Positions 18,567-27,743 of a stretch of 64,000 nt of DNA are shown piece after piece. Origin of the DNA: a virus (lineage: Duplodnaviria; Caudoviricetes). Within the stretch, counting starts at the first letter, position 1. The number at the start of each line of letters is the position of its first letter. The notes under the pieces are model-generated. The model searched no databases, was not told the origin of the DNA, and saw nothing but the letters and a program-made list of their open reading frames with translations. The stretch is taken from IMG/VR virus record IMGVR_UViG_3300021962_008747, positions 1-64,000 of that record. One strand, written 5' to 3'. A program made the position numbers and the translations under genes.

Positions 18567-20387
18567 ATGGCAGAACAAAAATATACAGTTTGGCAGAGAT
18601 TAGGTAGAGTTTTTGGACCTAATTCAACTATGGACCAACAGGCTCCTGTTTTCAAATTTGATAAAAAACAATTACTGAAAACAACAGATAAATCTGAATT
18701 TGAAAAAGAAAAACTTGAAGCCCAACAAACTATGTATGTTGGTAAACAATGGCAAAGAGTCGAGACTAATCTTTATCAACAGGCGGTTTATTATGAACCA
18801 ACAAGAATGGCCTCATATTATGATTATGAGTCTATGGAATATACGCCTGAAATATCGGCGGCTCTTGATATATACTCTGAAGAATCCACAACACCTGACC
18901 AAGACGGGTTAATATTGAGGGTTTATTCTGAATCAAAAAGAATAAAACAAGTATTAACTGACTTATTTCAAAATAAATTAGATATAAATACAAATTTACC
19001 TATGTGGACAAGAAACACATGTAAGTTTGGTGACAATTTTGTTTATCTAAAATTAGATCCCGAAAATGGGGTCGTTGGTTGCCAACAATTACCTAACATA
19101 CAAATTGAAAGATTAGAAAAAGGTATGAGATTTCAACCAGACAAATATTCACAAGAAATGGAAAATGATGCTTTGAAGTTTGTTTGGAAAGAAAAAAACA
19201 TGGAATTTAATACTTGGGAAATTGCACATTTTAGAATTTTAGGAGATGATAGAAAACTACCATATGGGACATCTATGTTAGAAAAAGCAAGGCGTATTTG
19301 GAAACAATTATTACTATCCGAAGATGCGATGTTAGTATATAGAGTTTCAAGAGCACCTGAAAGAAGAGTTTTCAAGATTTTTGTAGGTAATATGGACGAT
19401 AAAGATGTTGACGCTTACGTTCAAAAAGTTGCAAATAAATTTAAAAGAGATCAAATTGCCGACCCACAAACAGGAAATGTTGATTTAAGATATAATCAGT
19501 TAGCGGTAGATCAAGATTATTTTATTCCTGTTAGAGATGCTGGTGCTGCAAATCCAATAGACACGTTACCTGCGGGTCAGAATTTAGCGGAAATTGCAGA
19601 TATTGAATATATACAGAAAAAATTAGTAACAGCATTAAGGATACCTAAGGCATATTTAGGTTTTGAAGAGGCTGTAGGTGATGGAAAAAATCTATCACTA
19701 TTAGATATTAGATTTGCAAGAACTATTAATAGAATACAAAAATCTATGATTGCTGAGTTGAATAAAATTGCAATCATACATTTATTTTTACTTGGGTTTG
19801 AAGATGAGTTAACTAACTTTACTTTGAGTTTAAATAATCCTTCAAAACAAGGTGAACTTTTATCTATAGAAATTTGGAAAGAAAAAATAACTCTATACAA
19901 AGATGCGGTTGCTGAAGTTCCAAATTCATTAGCACCAACATCGGCGTCTTGGGCTAAAAAACACATTTTAGGGTTTTCTGATGAGGAAATAAGACTAGAT
20001 ATTCAACAACAAAGAATAGAAAGGGCAGTTTATGGTGAATTAGCTAAGACACCTGAAGTTATAACTAAAACAGGTTTATTTGATAATATTGATCAGCTTT
20101 ATACTAAAAAAGAAGCGGGAGCGGCAGGTACGGCACCTGGAGTAGCACCGGCACCTGGAGGAACGCCGGAACCTGGAGGAGTACCTGAAGCAGGCGGGTC
20201 TCCACCATCACCAACATCTGAACCACCTCCAGGAGGTGAAGTAACTCCCGAAAGTTTCAAACGAAATGATCTAAATTTATTGTTAGAAGATAGCCTATAT
20301 TACGGTAAAACATCAATAGATTTATCAAAAGGAAGATTATCTTTAGATCAAGTAGACAAAAAACTGAAAGATTTAATTGATAAGTGA
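18567..20387 (+). CDS. gp20: Portal protein (T4 gp20-like)
   Basis: YGTSMLEKARRIWKQLLLSEDAMLVYRVSRAPERRVF, DYFIPVR, IDTLP. Confidence 0.93.
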   Translation: MAEQKYTVWQRLGRVFGPNSTMDQQAPVFKFDKKQLLKTTDKSEFEKEKLEAQQTMYVGKQWQRVETNLYQQAVYYEPTRMASYYDYESMEYTPEISAALDIYSEESTTPDQDGLILRVYSESKRIKQVLTDLFQNKLDINTNLPMWTRNTCKFGDNFVYLKLDPENGVVGCQQLPNIQIERLEKGMRFQPDKYSQEMENDALKFVWKEKNMEFNTWEIAHFRILGDDRKLPYGTSMLEKARRIWKQLLLSEDAMLVYRVSRAPERRVFKIFVGNMDDKDVDAYVQKVANKFKRDQIADPQTGNVDLRYNQLAVDQDYFIPVRDAGAANPIDTLPAGQNLAEIADIEYIQKKLVTALRIPKAYLGFEEAVGDGKNLSLLDIRFARTINRIQKSMIAELNKIAIIHLFLLGFEDELTNFTLSLNNPSKQGELLSIEIWKEKITLYKDAVAEVPNSLAPTSASWAKKHILGFSDEEIRLDIQQQRIERAVYGELAKTPEVITKTGLFDNIDQLYTKKEAGAAGTAPGVAPAPGGTPEPGGVPEAGGSPPSPTSEPPPGGEVTPESFKRNDLNLLLEDSLYYGKTSIDLSKGRLSLDQVDKKLKDLIDK

Positions 20388-20407
20388 TATTTATAAATAA
20401 AAATCAT

Positions 20408-21139
20408 ATGAGCACTTTTGGTACAATAAAAACAAAAATAGAAAACACGGCTACTGAATTAGCAAAAAAACCATCATTTAAAAGATTTATATTTGAATTG
20501 AATTCTTTGGTTTTAAAAAATAAAGACCTTTGTGAGTTATATTATATTTATGATGATTTATCATCAAATAAAGGATTACCTTCAGATATTGCTAACGATT
20601 ACATAAATGAAACCGTTGAATATTCTCAAATATTACTTGAAAGTCAATCTAAAAGATTAGAAGATATTTCTCTATGGATAAACTCATGGAATAATAAAAA
20701 TCAAAACAATTACTCGGACATTGATAATGCTGTTTATACTACGGGAATTAGAAATTTAGAAAGTATTTTGGAATCTAAAAAAAATATAAAAAATACAATT
20801 ACAAAAGAAGAGAGTAAAAAATCTGTAACAGAAAGTGTTAATTTACCAATTTCGTCGATGGTAAAAATTGCAAATGAAAATTTAAAAAAAGAATTAAACT
20901 CATTAAATGAAAATGATAAAAAACAGTTAGACGAAATATTATCACTAACAGGTGAAGAATTAAAAGAAAATTTTGATAAAGTAAAAAATATTGTTTTGGA
21001 AAATTTAAAAAGTTCAATAAATGAATCAAAAGATGATGAACTAAAGGTTGCAATTAACAAAACAATCAATAAAATAATGGAGTCTAAATGTAACCATTAT
21101 GATTATTATAAACTAAAAAAATTAAGTTTGGGACTATGA
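20408..21139 (+). CDS. Hypothetical head-module protein (likely start ATG 20408)
   Basis: Track ORF 20384..21139; TATTTAT at 20388-20394 favours the later start. Confidence 0.6.
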   Translation: MSTFGTIKTKIENTATELAKKPSFKRFIFELNSLVLKNKDLCELYYIYDDLSSNKGLPSDIANDYINETVEYSQILLESQSKRLEDISLWINSWNNKNQNNYSDIDNAVYTTGIRNLESILESKKNIKNTITKEESKKSVTESVNLPISSMVKIANENLKKELNSLNENDKKQLDEILSLTGEELKENFDKVKNIVLENLKSSINESKDDELKVAINKTINKIMESKCNHYDYYKLKKLSLGL

Positions 21140-21405
21140 AAAATTTTTTTAAAGGAATCGGTAGATTGTTTATGGACAGCCAAGGTAACGCTTCTTCCAA
21201 AAGATTTGTAGGAATACTTTGTGGTGTTTCTCTTTGTGTTACTTTGTATGCTAATAGCTACACGCACGGAGACATTAAACCGTCTGACACGTTAGTTAAT
21301 GCGGTAGCAATGTTAGCGTTTGGTTGTTTAGGTCTTACTTCTACTGAAAAGATTTTTGGAAAAAAATCAGAAGAGAAAAAAGAAGAAACTCAAGAAAACA
21401 TTTGA
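21136..21405 (+). CDS. Small two-TM membrane protein (holin-like)
   Basis: Two hydrophobic helices after SSKRF, charged C-tail. Confidence 0.5.
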   Translation: MKNFFKGIGRLFMDSQGNASSKRFVGILCGVSLCVTLYANSYTHGDIKPSDTLVNAVAMLAFGCLGLTSTEKIFGKKSEEKKEETQENI

Positions 21406-21578
21406 TTCTTTTGTTTGTATTTTGCTTTTTGAACTTGAGCCCTTCGTTTTACGGAGGGTTTTTTATATTCTTGACGTTCTTGTAGTTTTTGGATTTGTTT
21501 AGTTTTATATATTTTAAACTTATATGTTTTTAATGCTTGTTCTAAAGACTTTTCGTTTTTTACATGTACAATAATCAT
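21390..21578 (-). CDS. rpsU: Ribosomal protein bS21
   Basis: IIVHVKNEKSLEQALKTYK...LQERQEYKKPSVKRR matches the bS21 pattern. Confidence 0.88.
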   Translation of the reverse strand: MIIVHVKNEKSLEQALKTYKFKIYKTKQIQKLQERQEYKKPSVKRRAQVQKAKYKQKNQMFS

Positions 21579-21685
21579 AAATTTTTTTTGGTTTTACAAT
21601 ATAAATAGTAGATATTTTTTTAATTTTTGACAAGTATATCATTTTTAATTATAATTGTTAAAAATAAACTCGAAAGAAATGAAAA

Positions 21686-22138
21686 ATGAAAAAAGGAAAA
21701 ACATCAAAATTAAACATTTTTGATGATGCAAAATGTCACTACGGTACTGTCGACTCTAAAGAATTAAAATCAATTTATTTAGTATTACAAACATGGGTTG
21801 AACCTATAGTTGATGATGACAATAATTGGAATAAAATAACTGGTTTAATAAAGAGACAAATTTTACATACACTATTAGAGGTTGTTGATTTCACAACATT
21901 TGAAAAAAAACAAATAGTTGACCTTGATTTAAGAACAAGTGGGATACAAAGAAACAAAAAAAGTTTTTTAAATTTAGAAATAACTTTATTTGTGCATGAA
22001 AAAAATGTAGATTTTAAATCTTTAATTTTAAGGTCTAAAATAAAAAAAATAATCACATCTGTTTATTACGATGACCTAAAAAAATCTAAGTATTTTACTT
22101 TAAGTAAAACAAAAATAAAAGAAACCGAATTAATATAA
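21686..22138 (+). CDS. Hypothetical protein
   Basis: 150-aa ORF between bS21 and the prohead protease. Confidence 0.6.
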   Translation: MKKGKTSKLNIFDDAKCHYGTVDSKELKSIYLVLQTWVEPIVDDDNNWNKITGLIKRQILHTLLEVVDFTTFEKKQIVDLDLRTSGIQRNKKSFLNLEITLFVHEKNVDFKSLILRSKIKKIITSVYYDDLKKSKYFTLSKTKIKETELI

Positions 22139-22158
22139 TATTTATCATAAAAAACATT

Positions 22159-22869
22159 ATGAAAATATTAGGTCCAAATGATATAGGTAAAGGTATTTTA
22201 GTTGAGTGGGATGCTGGTACACTTAACCCAAATGAGTATAGAAATAGCCAAGTAATAAAAGAATCTTACGGTCAATTAGATCACTCTAAACCGTTTGTAT
22301 TTTATGCAACATTACAAAAATACGGAGTACCAAACAGAAACGGAAGAATTTATCCTGAAAAAATATTAAAAAGAGAAGCCGATAGGTATAAAGAAATGAT
22401 TAATAGGGGTATGTCGATATCTGAATTAAATCACCCTGAGTCTTCTCTTATTGATTTAGATAGAGTTGCGCATTTAATTACCGATATTTGGTGGGAAGAT
22501 AATGTATTGATGGGAAAAATTAAATTACTAACAACACCTGGTTTCCATGAAAGAGGTATTGTTTCTTCAAAAGGTGATGTTGCGGCAAATATGATGAGAC
22601 AAGGAGTGACTATGGGGGTATCTTCAAGAGGGGTTGGTTCTTTAGTTAAAAAGGGAGAACAAAACGAGGTACAAGAAGATTTTGAATTAATTTGTTTTGA
22701 TTTGGTTTCGTCACCATCGACACCCGGAGCATACCTTTATTTAAATAAAGAAGACAGACCAAAATATGAGGAAAAACTAACAGAACATGAAAATATAGAG
22801 ACTAGCTCAAATCCTTTTGGTAAATCTATTGACTTAATGAAAAGATTATCCGATTATTTGGATAAATAA
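22159..22869 (+). CDS. gp21: Prohead core protease (T4 gp21-like)
   Basis: NRNGRIYP, ELNHP, GVSSRGVGS, FDLVSSPSTPGA. Confidence 0.93.
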   Translation: MKILGPNDIGKGILVEWDAGTLNPNEYRNSQVIKESYGQLDHSKPFVFYATLQKYGVPNRNGRIYPEKILKREADRYKEMINRGMSISELNHPESSLIDLDRVAHLITDIWWEDNVLMGKIKLLTTPGFHERGIVSSKGDVAANMMRQGVTMGVSSRGVGSLVKKGEQNEVQEDFELICFDLVSSPSTPGAYLYLNKEDRPKYEEKLTEHENIETSSNPFGKSIDLMKRLSDYLDK

Positions 22870-22881
22870 AATTATTAAGAA

Positions 22882-23091
22882 ATGGAAGAAAAATATTTTG
22901 TAGCTAGAGTAACTACCGACATGGTAGATGAAAACACAGGGAAAGTTAAAAAAATTAAAGAAGAAAAATTAGTTAAAGCATATTCACCAACAGATGTTGA
23001 AGCTAAAGTAACAAAGGCTTATGAAACATATACTATGGATTGGAGAATTACTGCAATTGTTGAAAGTAAAATAGATGAGGTGATAGAATAA
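22882..23091 (+). CDS. Small protein, DUF4494-like
   Basis: YF..V....DENTGKVKKIKEEKLVKAYS.TDVEAKV pattern. Confidence 0.5.
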   Translation: MEEKYFVARVTTDMVDENTGKVKKIKEEKLVKAYSPTDVEAKVTKAYETYTMDWRITAIVESKIDEVIE

Positions 23092-23112
23092 AAAAAAAAT
23101 TAAATCTAAATT

Positions 23113-23148
23113 AAAAAACGGAAGTCATGTTGGCTTCCGTTTTTTTTT
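23113..23148 (+). terminator. Intrinsic terminator
   Basis: ACGGAAGTCA-tgt-TGGCTTCCGT + U-tract. Confidence 0.8.
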
Positions 23149-23229
23149 GTCTAAAATTAACTTTTTTATAAAGGCAATATATTTATTTATAAAATAAACA
23201 ATAATAAAGCAAAAAATATTGCATTTTTT

Positions 23230-24666
23230 ATGGAAAAAAACAAATCTGTAGTTGAACAAACTTTATTGCAAATTAAAGCAGTTGAGGATGCTATCAGTGA
23301 AAACGCAAAAGGAATACTTGCTTCAACAATGAAACAAGAAATCAGTGAATTAGTAAAAGAATCCCTAAAAGGGAAAAATAATCTACACGAACAAGATGAA
23401 AACGATCCTGAAATGGATGAACCTGAAATTGAAGGTGATGATCAGCTCGCGACTGACGTTGAACCTGAAATAGATGGAGAAGAAGATGGTGTAGAAGATT
23501 CTGAGGAAATTGACGCTGAAATGGCGATGGATTCCGAAGAAGATAATCAAGAAGAATTACCACCATTGGATATGACGCAAGCTTCACCTGATGAAGTTTT
23601 ACGTGTATTTAAGGCGATGGGAGATCAGGACGGTATAATTGTTAAAAAACAAGATGATGGAGACATTCATTTAGTTGATAGTAACAATAATACAGAATAC
23701 CTAATTTCATTTGGTGGTGAGTCTGAACCAATACAAGATAATGTAATGGAAAATGAAGATAAAGACGATTTTTTAAGTGCATTGAGTGATTCTTTGTACG
23801 GTAGTGAAATGGAAGAACAGTACGATGATGAAGATGAAGATTTTATGTCTTTTGATGATGAATTTAATGAAGGATATGAAGAGATGGGTGAAAATGAAAA
23901 TTTTTACGAAATGTCTGAAGATGATTTAGAATCTGTTATGGAAACATTTAAATATAGTAAAAAGCCTAACATGGAAGGTGGGTTCGATGAAGAAATGAAA
24001 GAAGGACCTAAAAGACATGGTAAAAATGGAAATGCTAAAAATGCGACTAAATACCCTTCTAAAATGAAACACGGCGTTACTGAAACTGATCACGAAGAAG
24101 AAGAATTTGAAGCTTGGGAAGAAGAAGAATATGAAGATGTTATGCCTTATGAAGAAGACGTTGATATGGAAACTACTGAAGCTTCTAGAACTTTAGGTAA
24201 TGGTAAATATTGGGGTAGAAAAGGTTTACCTAAACCAAGAACAGCACCTAGACACTTAAAAGTTGAATCAGTTAACAAGGAATTAGAAGTTTTGAGAGAA
24301 AAAAATGAGGAATATAAAAAAGCATTAGATTTTTTTAGAAATAAATTAAACGAAGTTGCCGTATTTAATTCTAATCTCGCATATTCTACAAGATTGTTTA
24401 CTGAACACTCAACAACAAAACAAGAAAAGATTAATATTCTTAGAAGATTTGATAATGTTGAATCATTAAAAGAATCAAAAAATCTTTACAAAACAATTAA
24501 AAACGAATTAGATGGTGAAGTAACTAATAATGTGGTTAAAGAATCTATAACTGAAAGAGTTATAAAAACACCTAAGACTGGTTCTTCAACAAATCTAATT
24601 GAAAATAAAACTTATGAGAATCCTCAGTTCTTGAGAATGAAGGATTTGATGGCAAAAATTAAATAA
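23230..24666 (+). CDS. Prohead core scaffold protein (gp22-like)
   Basis: Highly acidic, coiled-coil C-terminus; located between protease and major capsid gene. Confidence 0.75.
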   Translation: MEKNKSVVEQTLLQIKAVEDAISENAKGILASTMKQEISELVKESLKGKNNLHEQDENDPEMDEPEIEGDDQLATDVEPEIDGEEDGVEDSEEIDAEMAMDSEEDNQEELPPLDMTQASPDEVLRVFKAMGDQDGIIVKKQDDGDIHLVDSNNNTEYLISFGGESEPIQDNVMENEDKDDFLSALSDSLYGSEMEEQYDDEDEDFMSFDDEFNEGYEEMGENENFYEMSEDDLESVMETFKYSKKPNMEGGFDEEMKEGPKRHGKNGNAKNATKYPSKMKHGVTETDHEEEEFEAWEEEEYEDVMPYEEDVDMETTEASRTLGNGKYWGRKGLPKPRTAPRHLKVESVNKELEVLREKNEEYKKALDFFRNKLNEVAVFNSNLAYSTRLFTEHSTTKQEKINILRRFDNVESLKESKNLYKTIKNELDGEVTNNVVKESITERVIKTPKTGSSTNLIENKTYENPQFLRMKDLMAKIK

Positions 24667-24744
24667 AAATAAACTTTTTTAAAAATCTGTATATTTATAT
24701 ACAAAATAATAAAAAAAAATAAACTCTAATTAAAAAATTAAAAA

Positions 24745-26619
24745 ATGGGAGCATTATTAGAATCAGGTCTTGTTGGTAACATCGGTCTTAAGCACTTGAA
24801 AGTTATCAAAGAAGATACAATTAACAAATGGGATAGATTAGGATTCCTAGATGGTTTGAAAGGACACATTAAAGAGAACATGGCACAATTATATGAAAAC
24901 CAAGCATCTCACCTAATTAACGAAGCGGCGTCTACTGATAGTTCAGGTTCATTCGAAACAGTAGTATTTCCTATCGTTAGAAGAGTATTCTCTAAATTAT
25001 TAGCTAATGATTTAGTATCAGTACAAGCAATGAATTTACCAATCGGTAAATTATTCTACTTTGTACCAAGAATTCAAGGTTATTCTTCTTCAACTGATCA
25101 AACAGCGGCTAACGCTTATGGTGGTGACGCATATCACTATTCACCTGTTGGATCTCCATCTAACACAGGTACAACTGGTGTTGGTGCTGGATACCCACCT
25201 AACTCAAACGCTTTCGGTAAAAGTCTTTATGATTTATTTTATGAAGGGGCTGAAGGTCAATTAAACCCTCCAGGATTATTTGATTATTCAAAAGGAAAAT
25301 GGTCGGCAGTTACTTCAACTGCAACTGTTAAAGTTTGGAGCAATGGTACATTAGTTAATGCTACTAACCAATACCCTAGCGGAACTAACGTAAGAAAAGT
25401 AATTTTGGAGCTTGGTGGTTTTACAACTGCAGGTACTGGAAAATTAATTGGTCCTGATGGTAGTGAAGTAGATACTGAAACTTTCCTTTCTGATTTGAGA
25501 ATTTTCTCTAATGTTGCAAAGGCGTCTTCAGTTTTATCTGCGTCCACACCATGTAACGTTGTTTATAACAGTGACGGTAACCCTAATTCATTATTATTTA
25601 GAGTTGTTACTCAACAATATGGTAGAGGTATTGTAAACCCTACATCCACTCAAACACCAACTTCATGGGCATCTACAGGAAATGGTGGTTCTTATGATGA
25701 TATTTGTACACAAAACGGTAAAATATTATTGGAGGTTGATCTTTCTTGTCCGGTGTGTGCCGATTGTAATGCTACGTCACTAGACGGTTATACAGGTACT
25801 ACATTAACTGGTGGTTTAAGTGGTACTCCATTCTCAGCTGTTTGGAGAAGATATGCTAACTTAGAATTTGAAGACCAAATTGGTGAAGTATCTTTTGACC
25901 TTGAGTCAGTTACTGTATCAGTTACAGAAAGAAAACTAAGAGCACAATGGTCACCTGAATTAGCACAAGACGTTTCTGCATTCCATAACATCGACGCTGA
26001 AGCTGAATTAACGGCTTTATTGTCTGAGCAAGTAGCGGCAGAAATCGATAGAGAAATCTTGAGAGACCTTAGAAAAGGAGCGGCTTGGAACCTAAGATGG
26101 GATTACAACGGATGGAGAAGAATTTCTCAAACAACATCATACACTCAAAAAGACTGGAATCAAACATTGATCACAGCAATCAACCAATTGTCGGCACAAA
26201 TCCACAAATCAACATTGAGAGGTGGGGCTAACTGGATTGTTGTTTCTTCTGAGGTTTCAGCCATCTTTGATGACCTAGAGTACTTCCACGTATCTAACGC
26301 TTCACCTGAGCAAGATCAGTACAACATGGGTATCGAAAGAGTTGGTACATTGGCAGGGCGTTACCAAGTGTATAGAGATCCATACTTCCCAGCTAACCAA
26401 ATCCTTATCGGACACAAAGGTTCATCTTTGTTAGACACAGGATATGTATACGCTCCGTATGTACCTCTACAATTAACACCTACAATGTATAACCCATTCA
26501 ACTTTACACCTATCAAAGGTATCATGACTAGATACGCTAAGAAAATGGTTAACAACCGTTTCTATGGTAGAATCACAGTTGATGGAGTTAGAACATTCGA
26601 CTTACAAGAATTGAGATAA
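24745..26619 (+). CDS. gp23: Major capsid protein (T4 gp23-like) with large insertion
   Basis: VSVQAMNLPIG, RKLRAQWSPELAQD, EIDREI, YAPYVPL, GIMTRY. Confidence 0.95.
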   Translation: MGALLESGLVGNIGLKHLKVIKEDTINKWDRLGFLDGLKGHIKENMAQLYENQASHLINEAASTDSSGSFETVVFPIVRRVFSKLLANDLVSVQAMNLPIGKLFYFVPRIQGYSSSTDQTAANAYGGDAYHYSPVGSPSNTGTTGVGAGYPPNSNAFGKSLYDLFYEGAEGQLNPPGLFDYSKGKWSAVTSTATVKVWSNGTLVNATNQYPSGTNVRKVILELGGFTTAGTGKLIGPDGSEVDTETFLSDLRIFSNVAKASSVLSASTPCNVVYNSDGNPNSLLFRVVTQQYGRGIVNPTSTQTPTSWASTGNGGSYDDICTQNGKILLEVDLSCPVCADCNATSLDGYTGTTLTGGLSGTPFSAVWRRYANLEFEDQIGEVSFDLESVTVSVTERKLRAQWSPELAQDVSAFHNIDAEAELTALLSEQVAAEIDREILRDLRKGAAWNLRWDYNGWRRISQTTSYTQKDWNQTLITAINQLSAQIHKSTLRGGANWIVVSSEVSAIFDDLEYFHVSNASPEQDQYNMGIERVGTLAGRYQVYRDPYFPANQILIGHKGSSLLDTGYVYAPYVPLQLTPTMYNPFNFTPIKGIMTRYAKKMVNNRFYGRITVDGVRTFDLQELR

Positions 26620-26638
26620 TCAATATCTTTAGAATAAG

Positions 26639-26666
26639 AAAAGGTCAGAGTAATCTGACCTTTTTT
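26639..26666 (+). terminator. Intrinsic terminator after capsid gene
   Basis: AAAAGGTCAGA-gtaa-TCTGACCTTTTTT. Confidence 0.85.
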
Positions 26667-26676
26667 GTTTTTATAT

Positions 26677-26843
26677 AATTAGTTTTATTACGTATTATAC
26701 TACGTAATATTACCCAAACAATAGTAGTAACGACTATGTAATGTGATAGTTTAGAGGGTACCAAAAAGTGGTTTTTCCTTATATATACGAGTATCTATTG
26801 GTGTAAACAAAATAAAACCAATAGAAAATGAAAAATTTAAAAA
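26677..26843 (+). repeat. Duplicated regulatory leader, copy 1
   Basis: ATTACGTA-N6-TACGTAAT, AACGACTATGTAA, CAAAAAGTGGTTTT and TCTATTGGT..ACCAATAGA blocks recur 900 bp downstream. Confidence 0.85.
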
Positions 26844-27517
26844 CACTTAAAAAAATCTTATTAGCCGGATTATTCGGATTTATAACAACAACGTCGATGG
26901 CAAATCAAACAGGGTCAATTTACAGCAATCAACAAGAGATTATGTCATTTGAGGTTAAAGATCAAACTTGTCACAACAATAATGATGGTAGTATTGAGAT
27001 TAATATCGTAGATGGGAATAACTACTTTTTTTCTTGGGATAGTGGTGTGAATACTAAAGATTTATATAATCTTTCAAAAGGTATTTTTAGAGTTAAAATT
27101 GAGACCCCACAAGGTGAAATAATTTGGGCATCATTTACTGTTGATTCACCCGATCAATTACAAGGTATGATAACTCAAGATAATTTTAATGGAATTGTTA
27201 ATTTAGATTTAATGGTACAAGGTGGCACATCACCATATAATTATTCTTGGAGTAACTCACAAACCACTGAAGATCTTTACGGTATAACTGAAGAGGGTAT
27301 ATATGAAGTTAATATTACAGACGATAACGGATGTTCATTAAATTTAGGAACTTATGTTATTAACGAACAAACATCCTCAATAACTGAAAATACTATTTCA
27401 AACACAGGTGAAAAAATAGTATATGATTTAAGTGGTAAACAAGTTATTTTAGATAATTCACCATCTGGTATGTATATTATTTTAGAAAACAACAAAACAA
27501 CTAAAATAATCAAATAA
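26828..27517 (+). CDS. Secreted SprB-repeat protein with short T9SS-like C-terminal domain
   Basis: Signal peptide; TCHNNNDGSI, GGTSPYNYSWSN, GIYEVNITDDNGCS; C-terminal YDLSGKQV...GMYII..KIIK. Confidence 0.8.
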   Translation: MKNLKTLKKILLAGLFGFITTTSMANQTGSIYSNQQEIMSFEVKDQTCHNNNDGSIEINIVDGNNYFFSWDSGVNTKDLYNLSKGIFRVKIETPQGEIIWASFTVDSPDQLQGMITQDNFNGIVNLDLMVQGGTSPYNYSWSNSQTTEDLYGITEEGIYEVNITDDNGCSLNLGTYVINEQTSSITENTISNTGEKIVYDLSGKQVILDNSPSGMYIILENNKTTKIIK

Positions 27518-27535
27518 AAACATAACTGATTATTG

Positions 27536-27565
27536 AAAAAGGGGTAAGAGATTATCCCTTTTTTT
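27536..27565 (+). terminator. Intrinsic terminator
   Basis: AAAGGGGTAA-gaga-TTATCCCTTT + U-tract. Confidence 0.7.
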
Positions 27566-27575
27566 ATTTTATAAA

Positions 27576-27743
27576 AATTAGTTTTTATTACGTATTGTAC
27601 TACGTAATTTTACACATATAACAATAGAAACGACTATGTAAATTGAATGTTTAGGGGGTGTCAAAAAGTGGTTTTACCGACCAATCTCAACTATCTATTG
27701 GTATAACAAAATAAAAACCAATAGAAAATGAAAAATTTAAAAA
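27576..27743 (+). repeat. Duplicated regulatory leader, copy 2
   Basis: Same blocks as 26677..26843 at an exact 900-bp offset. Confidence 0.85.
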
